This document shows, piece after piece, positions 10,753 to 19,052 of a DNA stretch of 64,000 bases. Below the pieces are notes generated by a model. The model was given only the letters and a program-made list of their open reading frames with translations, was not told where the DNA came from and ran no database searches. Every line of letters begins with the position of its first letter. Position 1 is the first letter of the stretch. Location: assembly GCA_963705105.1 (NCBI GenBank), contig CAVPIW010000006.1:672001-736000 (forward strand). Direction: 5' to 3'. The position numbers were made by a program, and so were the translations under genes. Source of the DNA: an uncultured Nitrospiraceae bacterium. Its GTDB lineage: Bacteria > Nitrospirota > Thermodesulfovibrionia > Thermodesulfovibrionales > Dissulfurispiraceae.

Positions 10753-12162
10753 CTATTTCCCCTGAATCTTATCCAGCACGAATTTGGTGACCGGCCCGGC
10801 GATTCCACCCAGAATCGGGGAGGCAAAAATACTCGCAATACCACTCACTGCTTCTGGAACTAGGGCAATCAGTCCATCGATCAGCTTGCCCATCTTGTTA
10901 TCATCAGCTGCCTTCCCTTTTGCTACTTCCTGTTTTAGCTCCTCTACCTTCTTCAGAGCCTCTGTCTGATTGGCGGCGGGCACTTCCCGAATGGATGACA
11001 TCAACGGTTCGAACAATCTTTGAAGGTCCTGATCAGATATCCCTGTGGTGACGGTGGACCGGGCGCCCCGGCCGATGGCGATCCCCTGACCAGAAATGTC
11101 CCCCACCGTTATCCTGTCGCCTAGAATTTTATCGCCTCTCACCTCGTCTCCATGGACGACCTTGTCACGGCCTACAAAATCGCCGCCGACGCTGACAGCC
11201 CCCCCGATGTACGCACCGCCGCCAGTATCAATAGTGGTCACAGTACCTGCTTTTTCACCCTCAAGAGGTGCGAGCGGATCGGGTGCTGCCAAACCCTTCG
11301 CTATACCTTTGCCGCCCAGGAGCAATGCGATCGGGAAGTTCCCGCTTACCTGGTAATCCGGCTCCTGCGGCTGACCCCAGTCAGCTTTCACGCTTTCCGG
11401 TACGTTGCGCCACACATAACTCATCACGTCGGAGACTAACACCTCCTTGGCACCCTCTTCGGGCTGCGCATGGCCAGTCAGCGCTTCGATCAAGTGATAG
11501 GTAAAGATGCTCATCTTCCCGTCCTTGCGCATATAAGAAGGTTGTTCTCCCTGTGAGGAACTCAGCACAGCCCGACCTGCTCCTTTGGTCAGCACTTCCA
11601 AACCCTTAGCGCCTTCCTTTGGAGTTACTCCCTTGGCTGCTGACATGAATATTTGCGTTGGAATGGCAGATCGCTTGTAAGAAGCAATGCCTTTAATTCC
11701 CATGCCGCCGGAATGACAACAGTCAAGTACTACGAAGAGACGCTGTGGTTTAAGAGCATTAATGGCATCAGCGAAGTCCTCTGCCCTGAGAGCACTTGAT
11801 TTGAATGCCTCCTCGTCCACGTCGTACGGAATGAGAAAATACTGAGGCTGCTGGCCGTCGTCTCGGTCTCCATGTCCTGAGTAAAACACGATAGCCGTGG
11901 CATTTCCGCTTGCATCATCGTTAATCTTCTTCTTTAGTCGGGTTAGCCCTCCAAGGATATTCGCGCGAGTCGAATTCGACCCCAGGATGACTTCGACGTT
12001 TTTCTCAAGATAGGCACACCGCTCCGGATGGACAAGTACATTTTGCAGAGCCGTAACATCTTTTTCCACATCAGGAAGAGCCCATGTGGGATTGCTGTTT
12101 TCGTTAACTCCAATCAACAACGCATATCCACTAATGAATTGCTTTGCCATTTCCTCCTCCAC
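10753..12162 (-). CDS. Caspase-like peptidase C14 with a Gly-rich amyloid-like linker and a C-terminal helical domain
   Basis: ALLIGVN, FYSGHG (catalytic His), VVLDCCHSGG (catalytic Cys), SIFTYHLIEAL. Confidence 0.9.
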   Translation of the reverse strand: MEEEMAKQFISGYALLIGVNENSNPTWALPDVEKDVTALQNVLVHPERCAYLEKNVEVILGSNSTRANILGGLTRLKKKINDDASGNATAIVFYSGHGDRDDGQQPQYFLIPYDVDEEAFKSSALRAEDFADAINALKPQRLFVVLDCCHSGGMGIKGIASYKRSAIPTQIFMSAAKGVTPKEGAKGLEVLTKGAGRAVLSSSQGEQPSYMRKDGKMSIFTYHLIEALTGHAQPEEGAKEVLVSDVMSYVWRNVPESVKADWGQPQEPDYQVSGNFPIALLLGGKGIAKGLAAPDPLAPLEGEKAGTVTTIDTGGGAYIGGAVSVGGDFVGRDKVVHGDEVRGDKILGDRITVGDISGQGIAIGRGARSTVTTGISDQDLQRLFEPLMSSIREVPAANQTEALKKVEELKQEVAKGKAADDNKMGKLIDGLIALVPEAVSGIASIFASPILGGIAGPVTKFVLDKIQGK

Positions 12163-12281
12163 CTATGGTCGGTTCTGATAAAGAGTGAGACATCCAACAC
12201 GGTACAAGCGTTCCCCTTAGTCATCTCATTCGAGAACCTGTTGTACTAGAGTAGAGCTGATCGGCATTTCTCTTTGTTTGT

Positions 12282-13079
12282 TCAGAAGCCGGAGACCTTG
12301 ACAAAGGCGCTCTCACTGGCGAGCTGCCCCACTCTATCTGACTTTTTCTTCTTGATCCCTTTAATGGCCGCTGATCCTGTCTCCAGCGGCTCGTATGTCG
12401 TGTAGCGCCCCTGATCATAGAAAAGACGCACTGCCTGAAAGCCGAACACAAGCGGAATGGAGGACTCGTATGTCACCTTGGAGGTTACCGAGGATGCGCC
12501 TGAGGTTTTCACGTTCCCGCCCACGATGCCTTGAATCTCAGGGATGCTGACATCGAGCGCCGCTCCATTTGATTTCTTCGCTTCAACAGTGAACTTCGTC
12601 CCCTTGATGGTCGCCGTGGTGACATACAGTTCATCCGCTTCCAACAAGTCCGCGACGTAGCGGGAGAAAGGGCTCACATCAGCGTCTGCCAGGTACTGGT
12701 CAAGTTTGATAATCTCAACGCTGTCCTCGAACACATCCTGAAATTCGAACGCGGCTGTCTTTGCCTGCTCATACTTCATATCGAGCCCGAGTTTTGAGCC
12801 GCCCATCGCACCGATTATGCTGCCGAGGATCGACAAACCAACTCCTATGCTCAGGTCACCTGTGCGCTGACCCGAGATATCGGCAGTACGGGCATTCTGG
12901 ATGGCCGGCGGGGAAATATTCTTGCCGGCCACGAGGAGTGTTGTCAGATCGCCCAGGCGAGTGAGGTCCTTCCCGTTGCGGGATAACACTTGAAGCGGCT
13001 TGACATCTGCCTTGGGCAAACGAATCACATTATAGCCAAAAGACTTGAGATAGGTGAGGAATGGATCGTTGCAGAACAT
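12282..13079 (-). CDS. Bacterial gasdermin (bGSDM)
   Basis: 265 aa. N-terminus MFCNDPFLTYLKSFGYNVIRLP has the conserved Cys3; also LYVTT..IK...FTV, TY....PLVFGFQA and a short C-terminal peptide ending VKVSGF. Strong recalled similarity to the Vitiosangium and Runella gasdermins; flanked by caspases. Confidence 0.93.
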   Translation of the reverse strand: MFCNDPFLTYLKSFGYNVIRLPKADVKPLQVLSRNGKDLTRLGDLTTLLVAGKNISPPAIQNARTADISGQRTGDLSIGVGLSILGSIIGAMGGSKLGLDMKYEQAKTAAFEFQDVFEDSVEIIKLDQYLADADVSPFSRYVADLLEADELYVTTATIKGTKFTVEAKKSNGAALDVSIPEIQGIVGGNVKTSGASSVTSKVTYESSIPLVFGFQAVRLFYDQGRYTTYEPLETGSAAIKGIKKKKSDRVGQLASESAFVKVSGF

Positions 13080-13131
13080 TGTCTGACCTCCATATTAAAC
13101 GCGGTACCTGAGTTCCGCAAGATGGTTGTCG

Positions 13132-13184
13132 AGGTTGCCGACTTCTCCCTGCAGAATCCGGTAGAGGGCAGAAGCCGGCAACCT
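13132..13184. other. Intergenic hairpin upstream of gasdermin
   Basis: AGGTTGCCGACTTC...GAAGCCGGCAACCT inverted repeat; no U-tract. Confidence 0.55.
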
Positions 13185-13247
13185 TCACATCAAGTCATCA
13201 AAGTGACCCTTGTCAATATCGCCATTGCTCACTCAAGGCATCGCAGT

Positions 13248-14105
13248 CTACACAAAGCGGGCCTTCCTCTTGGTCGCCTCGCACTCCAGCTGAGGTATCT
13301 GGCTGTAATGACCGGCTTGAAGTCCTTTTCTGACCTGCTCGAGCACCTTTTTTCGGGAAAGCTTGTTTTTGCTGTCATTCATCACCTTGCAGAAGTGGTA
13401 GGTGAAGGCCCCGTGCCAGCCCCCAGCGATGTATGCATCAGCGCTGGTCTGATCAGACCGGCAGCCTGCCCAGAGGATGTGATGGATAATGCCTTTTTCG
13501 AGCATCGATTCATACAGTCCGCGGGATCGACGCCCCTCGACCATCTTGAAGGCTTCGTAGGAAGGGGGCGGCATCCATCGCGGTTTGCGGTCAGGCAGGA
13601 AATCAAGAGCTTTGATGCCCGTGCCGCTGTGGCAGGTATCAAGATAGACTTCCAGTAGGACGTTCGCCGGCAACTGGACGAAGAGATCATGCAATTCGTC
13701 ATCGACAATGATGTATTTCGGGTCCCAGATACTCCCGGCCGACGCCAGGTCATGGGGGCAGACGGCCTCGTCTGCTCTATCCGGCTCGTCCCCGCTCGTA
13801 TCCGGCACCTGGGTCCCGTGGCTGGACAGGCTGAAGACCAGGTAACTGTATTTCCCCTTCTTGGCCCCGTCTACCATTTCCTTGAGATTCTTCATGATGT
13901 TCGCTTTCGTGGCCTGGGTGTCTGTCAACTTGACGATATCTCCAGGGCCAAAACCGAGCCACTTCTTGAGCAGGGCTTCCATGTCATTGGCGTCATTCAC
14001 ACAACCCTGTAACGCGCTGCCGGGATAGTTTTTGAAGTTGTTGATCCCCACACACAGAGCTCTCTTTGCCATGATTTTCTCCTCCTTGTTCGTTTTCATG
14101 CTCAT
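13248..14105 (-). CDS. Metacaspase-like peptidase C14
   Basis: RALCVGIN, LQGCVNDA, SLSSHGTQVPD (His), YLDTCHSGT (Cys), DQTSADA, GAFTY. Confidence 0.92.
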   Translation of the reverse strand: MSMKTNKEEKIMAKRALCVGINNFKNYPGSALQGCVNDANDMEALLKKWLGFGPGDIVKLTDTQATKANIMKNLKEMVDGAKKGKYSYLVFSLSSHGTQVPDTSGDEPDRADEAVCPHDLASAGSIWDPKYIIVDDELHDLFVQLPANVLLEVYLDTCHSGTGIKALDFLPDRKPRWMPPPSYEAFKMVEGRRSRGLYESMLEKGIIHHILWAGCRSDQTSADAYIAGGWHGAFTYHFCKVMNDSKNKLSRKKVLEQVRKGLQAGHYSQIPQLECEATKRKARFV

Positions 14106-14120
14106 GACCTCCTTCTGAGA

Positions 14121-16217
14121 TCATTCCGTTACAATCCATATGGGGTTTGTTACGCACCGGAAAAGCCCCTCGCCCGTCTTGGGGTTTATGCGTGAAGCGG
14201 CCTCCATCCGCAGGTAGCAGGGACTCTCTGTCCATGCTGAAAATGTGTGTACGATGCTGCCATGGAAGCCGCTTTCTTTGTTCCCGAGAGTCGGGAGACC
14301 GATTTCATCGGTTATGTCTGTTTCGGCATCAGCAGTGCCCCGAAAGAGATGTATTCTTTCAATGGGCCCGAACTCCTCATTACTTTGCCATTCAATATGC
14401 AGGTCGAGACTTTCGCCGGGTGGAATAGTGAAAGTGTCGCCAAATCGGTACTCCTTCTCATCTCCTTTCTTGCGGAGGGAGAAAAACACAATGGGGCCAT
14501 CGCTCAGAAGGGCCCTGCCGGCTTTCAGAGCGCCGAGAAGATCAGCCTCAGTCAGCGCCTCGCCAGCCTCTTTCGGCAGATACGCCAGGGTGCGCACCTT
14601 GCCAAAGGCGTTGTCGTTGAGAGTGTGGATGAAGAACACAGGATGGGGGCGGAAGGCACAGTTGAAGTCCATATGGGCGTCTGAGCCGGCGAGGACAAAG
14701 TACTTCTTCAGTGTCTTTATCTGCGTATATTCCCGCAATGACGGCCGGAGAAAGTGCTCAACCCAGTGCTCACGGATTCCCGTGTCAAGATCATGCGACC
14801 AGGACTTCTTCTTGTCAGTCTTTTTGAACATCTCATAGGGATCGAGGTAGGGGCGGTCGATCGAGGAGTCGGTAGTACACTCCATGAGGATCTTTTCATT
14901 GAAGATCTGAAGACCACAGAACAGGTCTCTGTATCGGGGATTCATGACGACGGCATAATCCTCTTCGTGCCAGATGTACCCGTTTGAGGAGGGGTGAGCG
15001 GCATACAGGAATCCCTGTCGGGGCTGCGGACTCAGTAGTATCCGTTCAAAAACCTCTGCCATCGTCAGGGTTCCGAATCCCGCGATGTGCGTGTCCTCGA
15101 TGAAGGGATTATCGTAAGAAAGGACATGCAGGCCGGCAAAGTATTTCCTCACGGTGACCTCTTCGGCGGCGACCAAGAGGACATCGGGATATCGTATGTT
15201 TGTATCAGCCACTGCCTTCTTGTAAGAAGACCAGCGGTTTCCCTGCTCTTCTTCCTCGTCGGTCTTCGTGTGGCCAAGGCAATAGGAATGGTCGGTCACT
15301 GTCACCCAGGCAAGACCCGTTGCTCTGGCTACCTCGGCACTCATCGGCAGGGGGCTGCCGTACTCGTAAGGGTTGTCGGTAAAGTCAGAGTGGAAATGCG
15401 TGTCACCATACAGCCATCCGTCAACCCGGGGTAGATCGTATTCAGAGACAAGAGTGCGGAGGACGATCTGCTTACTCCTGTCGATTCCGAGAAAGCCTTC
15501 AAATGTGATGATGACGCAATAATGGAGGTAACGGGCCTTTCCATACGCGGGATGGGTCCAGTCGACGGGCGTGAAACATTTCCTGTCGAGATGAATGATC
15601 CTGTACCAGGGATCGGTGTTGACCGTCTCGTAATCCTCGCCTTCGTCGAACCTCAGGGGAGCAGGCATGCCGTTTTCCTCGACCTCTGCACCTTTGGTGT
15701 CAAGCACCTTCACTATACTGCCGGGAGGAAGCGACTGCGGCGTGCCTCCCGATGACGACGTCCAATGATTGAAGGCGATGGATCGGATTCTGATCTTTAC
15801 GGGACCAACGTCTTTAAGGTATACAATCACAGGGACATAAGGGCAGCTCTTTTCAAGCCGGTAGGGCGCGTCGACCACGAGATCCATGGCAGGCGTATTC
15901 GGCTGTTTTGCGGCTGCTCTCTTTTCAAATTTGTGTTCTACTTTGTCCTTGTCCAGCTCTATTGTTTGGCCCTTGACGATAGGACGTCCGGTGTCGGCAT
16001 CTATGACCTTGAGCGTATAGGTGCCCCTTGGAATGCCTTCAATCTCGACGTAATATGTGCCATTATCTTTCTTTAGCTTGGTGTAGTCCTCCAGGGCGGT
16101 TCGAATCACTTTCCTGGATCTCTCTCGCTTGAGCTCGATGATCACCGGCTGCCAAAAGCGACCCATTTCATGGTCACCGATGTCGAAAGCAACCCGTATT
16201 GTTCCTCTATCTCCCAT
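14121..16217 (-). CDS. PHP-fold (CehA/McbA-like) metallohydrolase with N-terminal beta domains
   Basis: GDTHFHS, VTDHS, YAAHP, AGSDAH and TNPIW motifs; RBS AGGAGG. Confidence 0.75.
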   Translation of the reverse strand: MGDRGTIRVAFDIGDHEMGRFWQPVIIELKRERSRKVIRTALEDYTKLKKDNGTYYVEIEGIPRGTYTLKVIDADTGRPIVKGQTIELDKDKVEHKFEKRAAAKQPNTPAMDLVVDAPYRLEKSCPYVPVIVYLKDVGPVKIRIRSIAFNHWTSSSGGTPQSLPPGSIVKVLDTKGAEVEENGMPAPLRFDEGEDYETVNTDPWYRIIHLDRKCFTPVDWTHPAYGKARYLHYCVIITFEGFLGIDRSKQIVLRTLVSEYDLPRVDGWLYGDTHFHSDFTDNPYEYGSPLPMSAEVARATGLAWVTVTDHSYCLGHTKTDEEEEQGNRWSSYKKAVADTNIRYPDVLLVAAEEVTVRKYFAGLHVLSYDNPFIEDTHIAGFGTLTMAEVFERILLSPQPRQGFLYAAHPSSNGYIWHEEDYAVVMNPRYRDLFCGLQIFNEKILMECTTDSSIDRPYLDPYEMFKKTDKKKSWSHDLDTGIREHWVEHFLRPSLREYTQIKTLKKYFVLAGSDAHMDFNCAFRPHPVFFIHTLNDNAFGKVRTLAYLPKEAGEALTEADLLGALKAGRALLSDGPIVFFSLRKKGDEKEYRFGDTFTIPPGESLDLHIEWQSNEEFGPIERIHLFRGTADAETDITDEIGLPTLGNKESGFHGSIVHTFSAWTESPCYLRMEAASRINPKTGEGLFRCVTNPIWIVTE

Positions 16218-16289
16218 GTCTCCTCCTAAAGGCTATACCCCGCAGTCAAAAAGGTTCCGGCAAAAAGGCCGAGCCCACTGAACGCGTCT

Positions 16290-16376
16290 ATCCTTCGGCA
16301 GCTCTGCCACCTTATCGTTACATAAGACCCGCCGCTTTCCGTCGCACCCTCGCAGATGGGTTCTTCTTCGTGATTC
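16290..16376 (-). ncRNA. GEMM-I (c-di-GMP-I / 3',3'-cGAMP) riboswitch-like aptamer
   Basis: Minus strand CACGAAGAAGAACCCATCT-GCGA-GGGTGCGACGGAAAGCGGCGGGTCTTAT-GTAACG-ATAAGGTGGCAGAGCTGCCGAA gives a GNRA-capped P2, the GACGGAAAGC junction, a paired P3 (GCGGC/GCTGC and GTCTTAT/ATAAGGT) and a 3' TGCCGAA. The P2 base is imperfect. Confidence 0.7.
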
Positions 16377-16539
16377 AAAGGCTGATGCGGCGCTGCGCAG
16401 TACCCGCAGGTCGTCTGTTTCGAGCTGGCTATCAATCGTCGCATTTATCCTATTTCTGATTTCTATATACATATATAACAGAAAATATCGACATTGTCTT
16501 GACATTTCTTCTCTTTCTTTTGATCTTTTTTGCTTTTTT

Positions 16540-16736
16540 ACCTTATCGTTGCAATGTACTCCCGGGAAAGGGGGGGTGTATGCGCCGAAAACCTTGCTGC
16601 GGCGACACCTGTATCAAAACGCGAGATGAACTATACGCCAATGTCTGAAAAAGGAGCCTTTTTGCTGACACTTACACTGCCACTGACACTGTTCTTCAGA
16701 GCGCTTCGCCCCCCCTTTTTTATGCAACTCAAAGGT
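16540..16736 (+). mobile_element. MITE-like modular inverted-repeat element, copy 2
   Basis: ACCTTATCGTTGCAAT...TATGCAACTCAAAGGT; same internal modules as copy 1. Confidence 0.85.
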
Positions 16737-16917
16737 TTACAATTAGGTCGAAGCGGACATCGGGGAGTGCGCAACTCTTGGGCGCAGATGATTGTCAGGA
16801 AAAACCTTGCCTTTGCCCGCACAGGCGCCTTCGCGGGTTATCGGCATGAATTGAGAATAATCCTGGACTCTTTGAAACGATGACGTGTCAGTAAAAGCCG
16901 CGGTCCGGCATTCCCCG

Positions 16918-17424
16918 CCGCACCTGTTATCTCTGCATCTTCCTGATTATTTCGCCCAGCTTCTTGATTTCTTCTCCGTATAACGCCCAGTTCCCCTCCC
17001 TTTGGGCATTCATAGCGCGGTCATAATGCTCCCTGGCATTCGAAGCGAGATTCTTTTCATCCTTCACAGCAGGAAGCTGCAGGGACTTCAAAGGCGCCGC
17101 CTCTTCCGAGACCCTGACATCGCCGAATATCCTCGAAAGCGCGGCATCGAGCGTCTCCTCCATGGCGATGCGGTTTTCGTATGCGACGACGACCCTTTTG
17201 AGTTCCGGTATCTTGCCCTTGTCCGCCCTGAGGTAAAGCGGCTGAACATATATCAGGGAATTTTCGATCGGTATAACCAGCAGGGTCCCCTGCATCACCT
17301 GTGAGCCGCGCTGGTCCCAGAGAGATACCTGCCTTGATATCTCGGTATCCTGATTGATTCTGGCGACTATCTGTTTCGGCCCGTACACGAGCCTGTCCTT
17401 CGGAAAACGGTATTACGAGCTTCC
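16918..17424 (-). pseudogene. Duplicated 3' end of the UPF0182 gene
   Basis: Near-identical direct repeat of 19044-19552 with scattered substitutions (ends IIRKMQR versus IIKKMQK). Confidence 0.9.
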
Positions 17425-17427
17425 GGC

Positions 17428-17898
17428 ATGAGGTTCCGCTACGACCAATCGCGGCCGAAGTTCGACGCCGTCACGGCCATTAAGCTGGGTGATCTCGATC
17501 GCGGCTACAAGACTATCGACATCAGTGGCAAGGACGGACGCTTGTACAGCCTCACCTGCCCCCTGATGGTCGGCCAGTTTATCGTGGCCATCCCCAAGTA
17601 CACCAAGGGCAAACTGCCGCTCGTAGCCAAAAACAGGAAGGGACAGCAGCTCAAGTCCAAGGTCGAGGCGCTCGAAGAGCCGCACGACAGCACTACTCCG
17701 TACGTGCTGCCGCCGCAGGGCAAGATGGACGGGAAGAGTGTCGCCACCGTCGGGAAGAGTAAAGCCGGTCGTGAGATCAAGGAGTGGCAGGCGATCATGG
17801 ATTACCTCCGTAGCCTGCCGGTCAAGAGCAAAGGCGATCTGCCCGTGATCCCGGTCGATGAGCGCGCCGCAGAGGTCCGGGCGATCAAAGAGGGATGA
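17428..17898 (+). pseudogene. C-terminal fragment of a 5'-nucleotidase / bifunctional metallophosphatase
   Basis: SGMRFRYD.SRP.FD.VT and EIKEWQAIMDYL resemble 5'-nucleotidase C-terminal domains; the 5' part is replaced by the UPF0182 duplicate. Confidence 0.6.
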
Positions 17899-18396
17899 TG
17901 GCATCAACCAGAAACGAACGATTTTGTTCGCAAACTAAAGACGCATAAGTCGGGGGGGTAAGGTCGATATCTCACCCATTTTACGTCACAGCACTACCAG
18001 ACTGCTGAATCACTTGACCTGTCAAGAAATATCGTTTTGTAGCTGTACTTCTTTTCCTCAGTTTTCTCTCAGGGTGTTTTATTCTGGTTGAAGAACAAAA
18101 CCGCTGCGCGGTTGGTGATGAGTAGTCAGTGCAGTGAAACAAGATAGAGCTTTTCTGCGGATTTGGCGGATTCGTCGCATATGTCGCAGCCCTCCTCGAG
18201 GATACCTTGAATCTCGATTGCAGGGCCACGACGCCCCTTCTGAAAATAACCATTAGGAAATTTGACGGCCCACAAACCCCTGGCTTCAGCCATGGGTTAA
18301 GGGCCGTCATGCCGGAGAGAAAATAAGGAAGAAAGGAAAGATAGGTCTGAACGACCTTTTTTTTTGATATAATGAGAACGAGACGGAGGTGCTGAC

Positions 18397-18630
18397 ATGA
18401 GTGAAAAGAAAGAATATAGATTTACCGTCCTCGTTGAACCCTGTGCAGAAGGTGGGTATTTTGCCATGTGTCCCGCTTTCCCGGGATGTCACGTGGAAGG
18501 AGAAACGTATGAAGAAACGCTTCAAGAGATGAGACGGGCGATAGATGCATTTATCGAGGACTATATCGAGGAGGGAGAGGCAATTCCCGATGATGATGTA
18601 ACCATCACCACCCTGAAGGTGGCTGTGTGA
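18397..18630 (+). CDS. hicB: HicB family antitoxin
   Basis: EGGYFAMCPAFPGCHVEGETYEE motif; overlaps hicA. Confidence 0.88.
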   Translation: MSEKKEYRFTVLVEPCAEGGYFAMCPAFPGCHVEGETYEETLQEMRRAIDAFIEDYIEEGEAIPDDDVTITTLKVAV

Positions 18631-18866
18631 GTCCGAAGTTTCCCGCCGTAACGTCAGATGAGGTCATCAGGATAATCACGAAGATGGGTTTCAGGTTCAA
18701 GCGCCAGGCCGGTACCAGCCACGCTATTTATTTCAGGGAGAGTGATAAGCGCAGGACGACCATTCCTGTGCACTCCGGCAAGACCGTAAAACGAAAAACC
18801 CTCAAGTCAATACTATTCGACATAGGCCTGACAGTTGAGGAATTCTCCGAACTCCTTCACAAATAA
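18627..18866 (+). CDS. hicA: HicA family mRNase toxin
   Basis: GF...RQAGTSH, TTIPVH, TLKSIL motifs. Confidence 0.9.
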   Translation: MSPKFPAVTSDEVIRIITKMGFRFKRQAGTSHAIYFRESDKRRTTIPVHSGKTVKRKTLKSILFDIGLTVEEFSELLHK

Positions 18867-19052
18867 TGCAATACCTCCCATAGGTTATGAACGGAAATCC
18901 TCGAGCAGGCAGCCCTTAGTGATCGGAGTTGGCAACACCGATCAGGCCATCTCATGAGCAGTCACTTGACGCAAATTCGTGATGTCGCGCAATGGCGAGT
19001 CACCTTTCTCGAAAAAGGTCGAAAAATCTGCCTGTCTCATTTTCCGCACCTG

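Noticed and set aside
16226..16505. Small ORFs upstream of the PHP gene
   Set aside because: They overlap the riboswitch-like leader and AT-rich promoter region and have no protein-like features.
18272..18297. CCCCTGGCTTCAGCCATGGG hairpin resembling an IS200/IS605 end
   Set aside because: A single short motif with no tnpA/tnpB or partner end visible; too weak to call.
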